NCBI GenBank assembly: GCA_039804105.1 | Contig: JBDRZU010000001.1 | Span: 576,001-640,000 of the forward strand | Reading direction: 5' to 3' | From: a candidate division WOR-3 bacterium | GTDB lineage: Bacteria > Hydrothermota > 32-111 | DNA length: 64,000 nucleotides | Part shown: one piece after another, positions 9,950 through 19,909 of the stretch | Layout: every line of letters begins with the position of its first letter | How positions within the stretch are numbered: the stretch's first letter is position 1 | Notes under the pieces: generated by a model | What the model was told of the DNA's origin: nothing | What the model saw: only the letters and a program-made list of their open reading frames with translations | Database searches by the model: none | Made by a program: the position numbers and the translations under genes

Positions 9950-12367
9950 TTATTTTAACATTATTATCTTTTTTCTGTTTATCTTTTGACCATCTGAAAA
10001 TATCACAAAATAAACTCCTGTTGAAAATTTTTTTACATCAGTTATGTTGAACTCTCCATCACCTTTTTTTATCAATCTTCCAGTTAAATCATATACATGA
10101 TAAAACTTCCTCAATGTCTTAAAATTTTCTTCACAAAAAATTTTATCATCCTCAACTTTTCCTGAACTTTTACTTTTTACATAAATTTTAATGTTGAAAT
10201 AATTTGAAGAAGTATCATCATTTCTTTTTAACACCACATCGTAACTTAAAAGAGAATCGTTTAAGATAAAAGGTGCTTTGAAATAAAATGTTTTTATTCC
10301 ATTTTGTCCAGGAAGAGTGTTATTTCCATAACTTTTTGCGAAAGTTGAATCGGTCCAGAAATTTTCATAGAAAAATAAAGATTTTTCAGAAAAACTCATT
10401 CCAAAAATTGAATCGAGAGAAACATATCCAGTATTTTTCAAATAAAGTTTAACCTCAAAAGAATCTCCTGAAAAGACAGTATCAGGATAAATTATAGAAT
10501 CTATAAAAATTTCACAATCGTTAAACGAAGATAGGTCATCAAAAATTTGAGCATAACTTGTATAGTATATAAAACCGGTTCTGTTTGAATCAGGTAAAAT
10601 TATCCGTACCCAACCACCTGTAAAAGAATCAACAACGAATACCTGATTATATGCAACTTGAGTTAATACTGGATAAGTTGTAGAAGGACCAGATCTAACA
10701 TTCAAAAGAGATGCTGTGATCCTTGCAACTTTAAAAGAGTTATCACCTTCAAGATATTTCAGATTGACTCCATCACCACCATAAACATAAGCATAATAAG
10801 GGAAAGATGCAGAAGGATAATATATTTTATACCAATATCCGTCATAATCAAAAGCAACAAATTTTTCTCCATAGTTTGAGATATTCAAAATATCATAAAA
10901 AGTTGACGGCCCGGTTCTAACATTTAAGTTCGAAGTGTTCACTTCTACAATGAAATGTTTTAAAGGAACAGTCAAAAAAAATTCTTCTCTTAAAACAGTC
11001 CAAAGGTCTATTGTGCCGTCATCATAACCGAGAGCCCAACATCCAGCTCCTTGTAATTTTTTATCTTTTACTATCCCTAACTTATACCTTATTGAAGAAG
11101 AATCATCATAAAAACATTGATGGTATGAAGTTGAATAATAAGTGTAGTAAGGTGTTTTTGAATAGTTATCAAATTTTCTACCATAATTTGAACTGTAAAC
11201 TTTTGCATTTTTAAAAATTACCGAACTTGCTGTTCCAGTTGTTTTTGATTTTAAAGTGTCCGACTCTGTTGGCCAGTCATAACCATAATAAGGGATTCCA
11301 AGAACAAGTTTTTCTGGATCCACTCCAAGTGAAAGAATATCGTTTATTGAGGTATTCACAGCGTAATAGCCCCAGAACGAAGAGTTGAATGTTGGAGCAA
11401 CAGGACCAGCTTCCGTTGAGCCAGACCAGTGGTAATCATAACACATAACAAAAAGTCCATCAGCATAAGTTGAAATTGCAATATAATTGTATCCAGGATA
11501 CCATTGATAAACAGGTGGAACAGCAATGTAAAGTTCTTTTCTTCTTGAAAACTGTGTATGTAGTTTGGTTGCAAGTTCCTGAATAAAAAGTGTAAAAGAA
11601 TCTCTAACAGACGATGAAACAAATTCAAAATCTATATTGACTCCATCAAGAGAATATGCGTTTACATAATTTAAAATGCTGTTGATACAATTATCTCTTG
11701 AAGTTTTACTGTTTAAAAGTGTTGATACAGAGGTTGTTCCAAAAAGTGTGAAGGTTAAATGAACCTTTACACCTCTTTTATGTGCATCGTTATAAATTTT
11801 TGTAAACCTTGAAGGATTCGGAAATGAACCCAAACTTCCATCAGAGTTAACATCGATCGAAAAATATGATATGTGTGTTAAAAGATCATATTGAAAATTT
11901 GCATAGTACAATGTATCTATCCAGTAAGGGAGATATCCGTAATAGTTATACACAAGACCTTTTGAAGATTTTTCTTCAAACTCAACTTTTAAACCACCAG
12001 GATAGCCCCAATAAACATTCTTTAAATTTTTTTTATAATCTTCATAATGGATAGATGGAAAAATTTTAATCAAAGGAAAAAATAATAAAAATAAAAAAAA
12101 GATTTTTCTTTTATTTTTCATAATTAAAAAAATAACAGATAATGTAACAATTATAACAATAAAAGGTAATATCAGAAAAAAAAGATTTGTTTCCTTTTTG
12201 ACACTGTTATTTTTTTCAAGATCAAATACAGCACTATCCTGTTTTGTTGTTTCATAAATCTCTTTTTCATACCTGTGTATTGAAATTTTTCCTGTATCCT
12301 CAAATACCTGAGCATAAGAAAAAATTAAAAAAAAACTTAAAATTATAAAAAGGTTATATTTTTTCAT
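9950..12367 (-). CDS. Secreted GH18 glycoside hydrolase with two bacterial SH3 domains, Ig-like domain and T9SS-type CTD
   Basis: DGVNIDFE catalytic motif, MCYDYH, LGIPYYG, WALG; LNVRTGPS and LNVRSGPS SH3b motifs; YDLTGRL...GVYFV...KIIMLK. Confidence 0.85.
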   Translation of the reverse strand: MKKYNLFIILSFFLIFSYAQVFEDTGKISIHRYEKEIYETTKQDSAVFDLEKNNSVKKETNLFFLILPFIVIIVTLSVIFLIMKNKRKIFFLFLLFFPLIKIFPSIHYEDYKKNLKNVYWGYPGGLKVEFEEKSSKGLVYNYYGYLPYWIDTLYYANFQYDLLTHISYFSIDVNSDGSLGSFPNPSRFTKIYNDAHKRGVKVHLTFTLFGTTSVSTLLNSKTSRDNCINSILNYVNAYSLDGVNIDFEFVSSSVRDSFTLFIQELATKLHTQFSRRKELYIAVPPVYQWYPGYNYIAISTYADGLFVMCYDYHWSGSTEAGPVAPTFNSSFWGYYAVNTSINDILSLGVDPEKLVLGIPYYGYDWPTESDTLKSKTTGTASSVIFKNAKVYSSNYGRKFDNYSKTPYYTYYSTSYHQCFYDDSSSIRYKLGIVKDKKLQGAGCWALGYDDGTIDLWTVLREEFFLTVPLKHFIVEVNTSNLNVRTGPSTFYDILNISNYGEKFVAFDYDGYWYKIYYPSASFPYYAYVYGGDGVNLKYLEGDNSFKVARITASLLNVRSGPSTTYPVLTQVAYNQVFVVDSFTGGWVRIILPDSNRTGFIYYTSYAQIFDDLSSFNDCEIFIDSIIYPDTVFSGDSFEVKLYLKNTGYVSLDSIFGMSFSEKSLFFYENFWTDSTFAKSYGNNTLPGQNGIKTFYFKAPFILNDSLLSYDVVLKRNDDTSSNYFNIKIYVKSKSSGKVEDDKIFCEENFKTLRKFYHVYDLTGRLIKKGDGEFNITDVKKFSTGVYFVIFSDGQKINRKKIIMLK

Positions 12368-12374
12368 ATTTTAT

Positions 12375-12402
12375 ATGATAAAACTTTCAAAAAATATGTC
12401 AA
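12375..12402 (-). promoter_or_regulatory. sigma70-type promoter for the GH18 gene, leaderless arrangement
   Basis: TTGACA-16-TATCAT-7 nt-ATG 12367. Confidence 0.6.
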
Positions 12403-12421
12403 CTTCTTTCAAAATTTTCTA

Positions 12422-12449
12422 TTGACTTAACAAACTTTTTTTTTATAAT
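12422..12449 (+). promoter_or_regulatory. sigma70-type promoter for glmM-glmS
   Basis: TTGACT-16-TATAAT; favours ATG 12460 over ATG 12451 as the start. Confidence 0.65.
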
Positions 12450-12459
12450 AATGGAACTT

Positions 12460-13782
12460 ATGACTTTAATTAGAAGTGTTTCGGGAATAAGAGGTTTAAC
12501 AGGTAAAGACCTCAATAATGTAAATGTTGCACATTTTGCTTCAATCTTTGCAGATTTCATTGGGAAAGGGACAGTAATCGGTGGAAGGGATACAAGAAAA
12601 TCTGGTGAAATTCTTTCGAACATTTTTATCAATTCTCTGAATTTTAAAGGTATTGATACGATATTTTGTGGTATAGTTCCAACACCAACGATTCTTTTTC
12701 TTGTAAAAAAACTAAAACTTTCAGGTGGTTTTATCATAACAGCATCCCATAATCCAAAAGAATACAATGGGATTAAGTTTGTTTCGAGTTGTGGGAGATT
12801 TTTGAACAGAAAAGATTATATCACTTTTATGAACTATGAGCAAAATCCTCTCCCATTCAAAGAGAATTATAAAAACAACATAAACGATTTCAACCTTTAC
12901 AAAAAACATATAAAAGAAGTTCTTTCGATACCATTTATTAACAGATCAAAAATAAAAAGAAGAAAGTTAAAGGTTGTTTTTGATGGTGGTAGTGGTGCTG
13001 GTAGTATCATAATTCCTGAACTTCTTGACAACCTTGGTGTAAAACTTTCCACAATCAATACAAACATAGATGGAAAATTTAACAGAAACCTTGAACCTGT
13101 CCCTGATAATCTCAAAGAACTTGTGAAAGAGGTTAAAAACAAAAAAGCTGATATAGGTTTTGCAACAGACGGAGATGGAGACAGAATCGCGATAGTTACA
13201 CCAGAAAAAGGTGCAATATCAGAAGAGTACACGATAACAATTTCAGGACTTTACGCTCTTTCGAAGTTGAAACCCAAAAGGATAGTTATAAATCAATCGA
13301 CAAGCAGTATGCTCGAAATACTTGCAAAGAAAAATAATTTCACAGTTTTAAGAGCACCTGTTGGAGAAGCGAATGTTGTTGATTCAATAATTTTAAACAA
13401 AGCACCGATTGGTGGAGAAGGAAACGGTGGAGTTATACTTCCATCAGTAAATCTCACAAGGGATGCACTGGTTGCAATCACATTGATTCTTGGTCACCTC
13501 GCTGAAAGCAAAAAAGATATAGATGAGATAATAGATGAATTGCCAAAACTTTATATGGTCAAGAAAAAATATGATATAAACTCATCTGCAGCACTCGAAA
13601 GGATTGAAAATGAGTTTAAAGGAGTACCTCTTGATAACACTGATGGGTTAAGGTTCACTTTTGAAGATGGATTTTTACATATAAGAAGATCTGGAACAGA
13701 ACCTTTAATAAGATTGATATGTGAATTTACAACACCTCAAAGAACTTCTGAAATGATAAAAAGGGTTGAGGGATTACTTTAA
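12460..13782 (+). CDS. glmM: Phosphoglucosamine mutase / phosphohexomutase
   Basis: SVSGIRG, TASHNP, DGDGDR, GGEGNGG, RRSGTEP; directly upstream of glmS. Confidence 0.85.
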   Translation: MTLIRSVSGIRGLTGKDLNNVNVAHFASIFADFIGKGTVIGGRDTRKSGEILSNIFINSLNFKGIDTIFCGIVPTPTILFLVKKLKLSGGFIITASHNPKEYNGIKFVSSCGRFLNRKDYITFMNYEQNPLPFKENYKNNINDFNLYKKHIKEVLSIPFINRSKIKRRKLKVVFDGGSGAGSIIIPELLDNLGVKLSTINTNIDGKFNRNLEPVPDNLKELVKEVKNKKADIGFATDGDGDRIAIVTPEKGAISEEYTITISGLYALSKLKPKRIVINQSTSSMLEILAKKNNFTVLRAPVGEANVVDSIILNKAPIGGEGNGGVILPSVNLTRDALVAITLILGHLAESKKDIDEIIDELPKLYMVKKKYDINSSAALERIENEFKGVPLDNTDGLRFTFEDGFLHIRRSGTEPLIRLICEFTTPQRTSEMIKRVEGLL

Positions 13783-15630
13783 ATGTGTGGTATAGTAGGT
13801 TATATAGGTGAAAAAAGAGCTATTGACATCCTTTTGAACGGTTTGAAAAGGTTGGAATATAGAGGATATGATTCTTCAGGTATCTCTTTTTATTGTGATG
13901 AAGAAAAGAAGCTTGAGATAATCAAGAAATCTGGAAAAATCAAAGATCTTGTAAAAGAGATTGAAAAAAGGAAACCATGTGCTTCACATATTGGAATAGC
14001 ACACACAAGATGGGCAACACATGGTGAACCAAGCGATATCAACGCTCATCCACATTCTGATTGTAATGAAAAAATTTCTCTCGTTCATAATGGTATAATA
14101 GAAAATTATAGAACTTTAAAAAGTTTTCTTGTTGAAAAAGGTCATAAATTTAAATCCGAAACAGATACCGAAGTTTTAGTCCATCTGATAGAACATCTTT
14201 ATAAAGGCAACCTCCTTGAAGCTGTAAAAAAATCTTTGAAGATGGTAGATGGAACTTATGGAATACTTGTCCTTTCTTCATATGAACCAAATACAATAAT
14301 CGCTGCAAGAAAAGGAAGCCCTTTGATAATCGGAAAAGCAAACAATCAGATGATAGCAGCATCTGATGCTTCCGCAATAGTTTCTATTACGAACCAGATC
14401 CTATATATGCAAGATTACGATATAGCAAAAATAACAAAGGATGATGTTGAGATTTTCAATATTGAAACAGACCAGATTACAGATAGCGAATTTGAACAGA
14501 TCGATATGACTCTCTCTCAGATTGAAAAAGGTGGATACAACCACTTTATGGAAAAAGAGATATTCGAACAACCTGAAGCGTTGAAAAACACTTTCAGAGG
14601 AAGAATCGATAAAGCCAGTGGAACATTCAGATTGAACGGTATAAAAGATAAGTTTAACGATCTTTTGAATGCAGAAAGGATAATAATAACAGCATGTGGA
14701 ACTTCATGGCACGCATCACTTATCGGGAAATATCTTATCGAAAAATTCACCCAGATTCCAGTTGAGATTGATTACGCTTCAGAGTTTAGATATAGAAATC
14801 CGATAATAACTCCAAAAACGGTTGTAATACTTGTGAGCCAATCAGGTGAAACTGCTGATACACTCGCCGCTTTAAGGGAAAGCAAAAACAAAGGTGCAAC
14901 AACTATTGGAATCTGTAATGTGGTCGGTTCGACGATAGCAAGAGAAACAGATTGTGGAATATACACACACGTTGGACCTGAAATAGGTGTTGCATCAACA
15001 AAAGCGTTTACAGCACAGGTTCTCGTATTCTTTATGTTATCGGTTGCACTCGGAAGAAAAAAAATGTTAACATTTGAAGATGGTGTTAATTTTATAAAAA
15101 ATGTTGAAACGATTCCTGACAAGATAAATGAAATTTTAAATGATAAAGAAACAATATCAAAAATAGACAAAATCGTTGAAAAAATTTATAACAAAACAAA
15201 TTTTCTTTATCTTGGAAGAGGGATAAACTATCCTGTTGCTCTTGAAGGTGCTTTGAAATTAAAAGAAATTTCATATATCCATGCCGAAGGCTACCCTGCT
15301 GCTGAAATGAAACATGGGCCAATAGCACTTATTGATGAAAATATGCCCGTCCTTTTCATTTCATTAAAAGATAGTATTTATGAAAAAATTATCAACAACA
15401 TAAAAGAGATAAAAGCAAGAAAAGGTTATGTTATAGCGATAGCAAACAAAGGTGATGATGAAATTGAAAATATTGTTGATGATGTTATTCATATACCTGA
15501 TACTATTGAAGAACTTTCTCCACTTCTTTCAGTGATACCTTTACAGCTCATCGCATATAAAACGGCTGTAAAAAAAGGTCTTGATGTTGATATGCCAAGA
15601 AATTTGGCCAAATCCGTTACAGTTGAATGA
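13783..15630 (+). CDS. glmS: Glutamine-fructose-6-phosphate aminotransferase
   Basis: MCGIVG, HTRWATHG, SQSGETADT, NLAKSVTVE. Confidence 0.98.
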   Translation: MCGIVGYIGEKRAIDILLNGLKRLEYRGYDSSGISFYCDEEKKLEIIKKSGKIKDLVKEIEKRKPCASHIGIAHTRWATHGEPSDINAHPHSDCNEKISLVHNGIIENYRTLKSFLVEKGHKFKSETDTEVLVHLIEHLYKGNLLEAVKKSLKMVDGTYGILVLSSYEPNTIIAARKGSPLIIGKANNQMIAASDASAIVSITNQILYMQDYDIAKITKDDVEIFNIETDQITDSEFEQIDMTLSQIEKGGYNHFMEKEIFEQPEALKNTFRGRIDKASGTFRLNGIKDKFNDLLNAERIIITACGTSWHASLIGKYLIEKFTQIPVEIDYASEFRYRNPIITPKTVVILVSQSGETADTLAALRESKNKGATTIGICNVVGSTIARETDCGIYTHVGPEIGVASTKAFTAQVLVFFMLSVALGRKKMLTFEDGVNFIKNVETIPDKINEILNDKETISKIDKIVEKIYNKTNFLYLGRGINYPVALEGALKLKEISYIHAEGYPAAEMKHGPIALIDENMPVLFISLKDSIYEKIINNIKEIKARKGYVIAIANKGDDEIENIVDDVIHIPDTIEELSPLLSVIPLQLIAYKTAVKKGLDVDMPRNLAKSVTVE

Positions 15631-16274
15631 AAAAATTGTTTTATATTATTCTTATTTTACCTTTAATAATATTCCCTTCTATAAAAAAAGAAACACTCAT
15701 AAAAAATTTTGATCAGAAAGAAAAAATTTACGAATCCACAATAAAGTATCTAAAGATTGAAACTTTTACGAAATTTGATTATGGTGAAATACTTTATTAC
15801 AATTCTTATATAGAAGATTTTATAGATTCTTTAAAAATAAAATCCTTTTTATATGATACAACATTCAAAGATACTGTATCATACCTCTATAAAATAAAAA
15901 AGAATTCACCTGTGGTTACAAAATTTCTTCCTGAAGAAAAAAATTTAATACTTTATCCGGAAAATATTTTTAAAGGGATGAATCTGAAATATCTTTTACC
16001 TGATTCGTTTACAATCGAGGATGATGGAAAAAATTTAATTTTAAAAAATGTAAAGAGAAATGAACCTTTGGTTTATATAGTTTTTGATAAAAAAGATTTA
16101 AGTTTAAAAGAGTTGAGTTTAAAAAACATTTACGATCAGATCATCTTCAAAGTGATAAAAAATAGATATCTGAAAAATGGTATAGTTCTACCAGACAGTT
16201 ATGAAATAACTGGAGTAAACAATAAAACTGTTTCTTACACAAAAATAAAAAATTTAACTGTTCAATACAGATGA
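15627..16274 (+). CDS. Hypothetical exported protein
   Basis: 215-aa ORF with signal peptide MKKLFYIILILPLIIFP; overlaps the glmS stop (ATGA). Confidence 0.7.
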   Translation: MKKLFYIILILPLIIFPSIKKETLIKNFDQKEKIYESTIKYLKIETFTKFDYGEILYYNSYIEDFIDSLKIKSFLYDTTFKDTVSYLYKIKKNSPVVTKFLPEEKNLILYPENIFKGMNLKYLLPDSFTIEDDGKNLILKNVKRNEPLVYIVFDKKDLSLKELSLKNIYDQIIFKVIKNRYLKNGIVLPDSYEITGVNNKTVSYTKIKNLTVQYR

Positions 16275-16405
16275 GAAAAAAAATAATCTTTTTTGCTCTT
16301 CTTTTGATTTTTTTAATATTACTTTTAGTTGGAATAATTTTAAAACAATATGATCTTGTTTACAATTTTGGAAGGTTCATCTGTTTTGATTGTATCGGTC
16401 TATGA
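16271..16405 (+). CDS. Small CxxC membrane protein, CD1871A-family-like (44 aa, not in ORF track)
   Basis: MRKKIIFFALLLIFLILLLVGIILKQYDLVYNFGRFICFDCIGL; ATGA overlaps at both ends; precedes a 4Fe-4S membrane protein. Confidence 0.8.
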   Translation: MRKKIIFFALLLIFLILLLVGIILKQYDLVYNFGRFICFDCIGL

Positions 16406-17223
16406 GAAAAAAATTTAAATTATCTTCAAGAAGAATAATCCAGATAGTTTCCTTTATCATATTCAATCCATACATACTTTTAAATCCAAAAACGGGAAAA
16501 GTTTTATATCAAGGGAAATTAAAATCTTTATGTGTCCCAATTTTAAATTGCTATTCATGCCCTCTTGCTGTTGGTAGTTGTCCCCTTGGTGCTTTACAAC
16601 AGACAATAAAAATATCACAGATCCCATATCTTTTGTTGGGGTTTTTTGGAACTATTGGAATTTTTATTGGAAGGTATCCATGTGGGAATTTCTGTCCCTT
16701 CGGTTTTTTACAGGAACTTTTATACAGGATAAAAAGTTTTAAATTTAGAGTCAAAAGACCGTTCAGATACATTAAATATATTTTTCTCATTCTTTCGTTT
16801 TTAATTCCATTTCTTTATAAAGAACCTTTTTTTTGCAAGTTCATCTGTCCTGCTGGAACAATCGAAGCAAGTTTACCACAGATAATTTTTAACCCAGCAC
16901 TCTTATCAAATATCAGTTGGATATTCTATTTAAAAATATTTTTTGGAATCTCATTCATTTTTTCTTCAATCACAACAAAAAGATTTTTCTGTTCAACTGT
17001 ATGCCCAATAGGTGCAATATATGGACTCTTTAACCGAATAAGTTTACTCCAAATCAAATATGATAAAGAAAAATGTACAAAATGTGGTGTATGTAACGCT
17101 GTCTGTCCAATGGATATAAATATTTATGAAAATCCACACGATATTGACTGTATAAGATGTTTTGAGTGTGTTAACAGATGTCCTTATGGTGCATTGAAGG
17201 TTTCAAACAATTTTAAAAAATAA
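16402..17223 (+). CDS. Membrane 4Fe-4S binding protein (NapH/MauN/YccM-like)
   Basis: CYSCP, CGNFCPFG, CKFICP, CSTVCPIG, plus CTKCGVCNAVCP and CIRCFECVNRCP. Confidence 0.88.
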   Translation: MRKKFKLSSRRIIQIVSFIIFNPYILLNPKTGKVLYQGKLKSLCVPILNCYSCPLAVGSCPLGALQQTIKISQIPYLLLGFFGTIGIFIGRYPCGNFCPFGFLQELLYRIKSFKFRVKRPFRYIKYIFLILSFLIPFLYKEPFFCKFICPAGTIEASLPQIIFNPALLSNISWIFYLKIFFGISFIFSSITTKRFFCSTVCPIGAIYGLFNRISLLQIKYDKEKCTKCGVCNAVCPMDINIYENPHDIDCIRCFECVNRCPYGALKVSNNFKK

Positions 17224-17436
17224 TCAGTTATTCTGTTCTAAGAACTCGTTCATCTCTTCAACAAATTTTTCCAAATTCTCAATCCCTTTGCTTTCAAGAA
17301 GTTCTCTCAAACTTCCCCACACTGGAGCACCACATCTTATACATATTATATCTTTATCCATAAGATATGATATCAGTTGTGGATATTCTCTAACGATATC
17401 TTCAACTTCCATATCAAGTGTAACTTTATTATTCAT
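17224..17436 (-). CDS. DUF1858-like small protein
   Basis: 70 aa; VTLDMEVEDIVREYPQL...CIRC pattern. Confidence 0.7.
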   Translation of the reverse strand: MNNKVTLDMEVEDIVREYPQLISYLMDKDIICIRCGAPVWGSLRELLESKGIENLEKFVEEMNEFLEQNN

Positions 17437-18640
17437 CCTCGATCTCCTCCAGAACTTTTACAACATCCTCTGCAATAACTAATTCTTCATTAGTTGGAAT
17501 AACAAGAACTTTTACTTTTGAATCATCTGTAGAGATCACCATTTCTTTTCCGATACATGAATGGTTTTTTTCCTTGTCAACCTTTACACCCATAAACTCC
17601 ATGCCTTTCAAAGAGAGTTCCCTGACATCAGGATCATTTTCGCCAATACCTGCTGTAAAAACAATAGCATCGGGTCCTTCGAGAACAACTGAGTAGGCAC
17701 CAATAAATTTTTTCACTATATAACAGAACACCTGAAACGCAAGTTCAGCCCTTCTGTTTCCATTTTTTGCAGCATTCTTGACCTCCCGCATATCAGAAGA
17801 AACACCTGAAACACCTAAAAGTCCTGAATGTTTTGTTAACAATGATGTTGCCTGTTCGATCGTCAACTCTTCCTTTTCCATTATGTTCAGAATAACAGCA
17901 GGATCAAAATCACCACACCTTGTTCCCATCATCACACCTGCTATTGTCGAAAAACCTAACGAAGTATCTATCGAACGGCCATTTTTTACTGCACTGATAG
18001 AACATCCGTTTCCAAGATGGCATGTTATCACAGAAAAATTGTTGATATTCCTGTCAAGTATTTCGCAACTCCTTTTGGATACATAGTAATGGCTCGTTCC
18101 ATGAAATCCATATCTTCTGATCTTATACTTTTCATAAAAAATATAAGGTATTGGATAGATGTAAGCAACTTCTGGAAGTGATTGGTGAAACGCTGTATCA
18201 AAAACTGCAACTTGAGGAACTTTCGGTAGCGCTTTTATCGCTGCATTTATTCCTCTTAGATTATATGGATTATGGAGTGGTGCAATTTCAGAATATTCTT
18301 CTATCGCTTTTATAACTTTATCGTTTATCAAGACAGACCTTGAAAATTTTTCTCCTCCATGAACAACTCTATGTCCAACAGCATCTATTTCATTTATCGA
18401 CATCAAAACACCGTGCTGTTTATCAACTATAAGTTTTAACACACTTTCGATTGCAATTGAATGACTTATGATCTCGTCTTCCAACTCGTAAACATCACCA
18501 TCAAACCTTTTCTGTTTTATCACAGAACTTGTCATTCCAATTCTATCAACAAGACCTCTTAAAAGTGAATCACCTGTTGATGTATCTATGATCTGATATT
18601 TTAAAGAAGAACTACCTGAATTTAAAACTAAAACTTTCAT
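17429..18640 (-). CDS. ackA: Acetate kinase
   Basis: VLNSGSSSLKYQ, GHRVVHGGE, APLHNP, YGFHGTSH, PTNEELVIA. Confidence 0.97.
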   Translation of the reverse strand: MKVLVLNSGSSSLKYQIIDTSTGDSLLRGLVDRIGMTSSVIKQKRFDGDVYELEDEIISHSIAIESVLKLIVDKQHGVLMSINEIDAVGHRVVHGGEKFSRSVLINDKVIKAIEEYSEIAPLHNPYNLRGINAAIKALPKVPQVAVFDTAFHQSLPEVAYIYPIPYIFYEKYKIRRYGFHGTSHYYVSKRSCEILDRNINNFSVITCHLGNGCSISAVKNGRSIDTSLGFSTIAGVMMGTRCGDFDPAVILNIMEKEELTIEQATSLLTKHSGLLGVSGVSSDMREVKNAAKNGNRRAELAFQVFCYIVKKFIGAYSVVLEGPDAIVFTAGIGENDPDVRELSLKGMEFMGVKVDKEKNHSCIGKEMVISTDDSKVKVLVIPTNEELVIAEDVVKVLEEIEDE

Positions 18641-18646
18641 CTTTAC

Positions 18647-19504
18647 CTACCTGTAATTTAAAAATCCCTGTTTTGCTTTTATTCCAGTATAACCTTTATC
18701 GAGAAGATTTTTCAAAATTTCTGGAACCTTGTAAACTGAACTATCTATCTTTGAGAGTTCCTCAATCCACATCTTGATATTGTCAAGACCTATTTCATCT
18801 GCCATCGATAGTGGTCCTTTGTACATTTTTAGTCCTTTCTTCATAACGAGATCAAACTCCTCGGGAGATATTCCGGTTTCTCTCATAACATCGCATGCCT
18901 CAAGAACGGTTGCTATCAAAACTCTTGGACCGATAAGTCCTGCACCATCTTTCAGTTCAACTATTTTCAGATCAAGTTTTGCAAAAAATTCTTTAACTAT
19001 CTCAAGAGTGGTTTCAGAAGTATTTTCAGTTTTAAAAAGTTCGATGATTTTATAAATTGGAACAGATGGAACAGGATGGATGTTTACAGATTTCTGTTCA
19101 AGATCATCGTTCTCAACAACATCTTTCAAACTGTTCGTCTGAGAAGTAAAGATAACGGGAATATTCATGTTGACTTCATTTTTGATTTTTTCTCTGACTT
19201 CTCTTTTTCGTTGTAATCTTTCTTCGACAGATTCAACAAGAATGTCTATATCATGTTTTGAAAAATCAGCAAGATTTTCAACATGTTCAATCCTTGAAAG
19301 CATAACCTTTTTATCCTTTAGGGTGAGTCCCCAATGTTCTATTTCGTAATCAATGTTTCTTTCGATTATGTTCAATCCCGCTTGATAAACATCATAATCT
19401 TTTTCGTAAATAACAGCAGTCAGTCCTTTGTTTAAAACCGACTGAACAAGACCTGGACCAAGATTTCTTATACCATAAAAACCAATTTTTGTTATTTTTA
19501 TCAT
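18647..19504 (-). CDS. 3-hydroxyacyl-CoA dehydrogenase-family protein with degenerate motifs
   Basis: ESVEE and GPLSMADEIGLD...GYTGIKAKQGF fit the family; Rossmann motif reads GIRNLG. Confidence 0.75.
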   Translation of the reverse strand: MIKITKIGFYGIRNLGPGLVQSVLNKGLTAVIYEKDYDVYQAGLNIIERNIDYEIEHWGLTLKDKKVMLSRIEHVENLADFSKHDIDILVESVEERLQRKREVREKIKNEVNMNIPVIFTSQTNSLKDVVENDDLEQKSVNIHPVPSVPIYKIIELFKTENTSETTLEIVKEFFAKLDLKIVELKDGAGLIGPRVLIATVLEACDVMRETGISPEEFDLVMKKGLKMYKGPLSMADEIGLDNIKMWIEELSKIDSSVYKVPEILKNLLDKGYTGIKAKQGFLNYR

Positions 19505-19908
19505 CCTCTCTCCTTAAAGAAAACTTTTTTTTCATAAATATAAGATTTTTTTGAATCTGAAGCATGAACAGAATTTCTTCTGAATGTTTCACCAAATGTG
19601 TGCCTTATTGTTCCTTTTTTTGCTTCTTTTGGATCAGTTGAACCAACTATTTCTCTCAAATGATCGACTGCATTTTCTCTTTCCAAAATAACTCCAACGG
19701 TTAACCCAGAACACATATATTCAACAAGATCATTGAAAAATTCTTTCTTCTTATGAACCTTATAAAACTCTTTTGCTAATTTTTTTGTCATTTTCAGGGA
19801 TTTTATCTGAACTATTTTAAAACCTTTTTCTTCAACTATTGAAAGGATTTTACCAACAAGATTTCTTCTTGTCGCATCAGGTTTTATCAACATAAGGGTT
19901 CTTTCCAG
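19501..19908 (-). CDS. ndk: Nucleoside-diphosphate kinase (probable CTG start at 19908)
   Basis: ERTLMLIKPDA, GTIR, NSVHASDS. Confidence 0.92.
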   Translation of the reverse strand: MERTLMLIKPDATRRNLVGKILSIVEEKGFKIVQIKSLKMTKKLAKEFYKVHKKKEFFNDLVEYMCSGLTVGVILERENAVDHLREIVGSTDPKEAKKGTIRHTFGETFRRNSVHASDSKKSYIYEKKVFFKERG

Positions 19909-19909
19909 A

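Noticed and set aside
12093..12335. A8/A9 homopolymers in the GH18 signal regions as phase-variation tracts
   Set aside because: Reading frame is intact and such runs are expected from Phe/Leu codons in an AT-rich genome
13740..13783. Possible glmS ribozyme
   Set aside because: glmS starts immediately after the glmM stop; there is no 5' UTR to hold one
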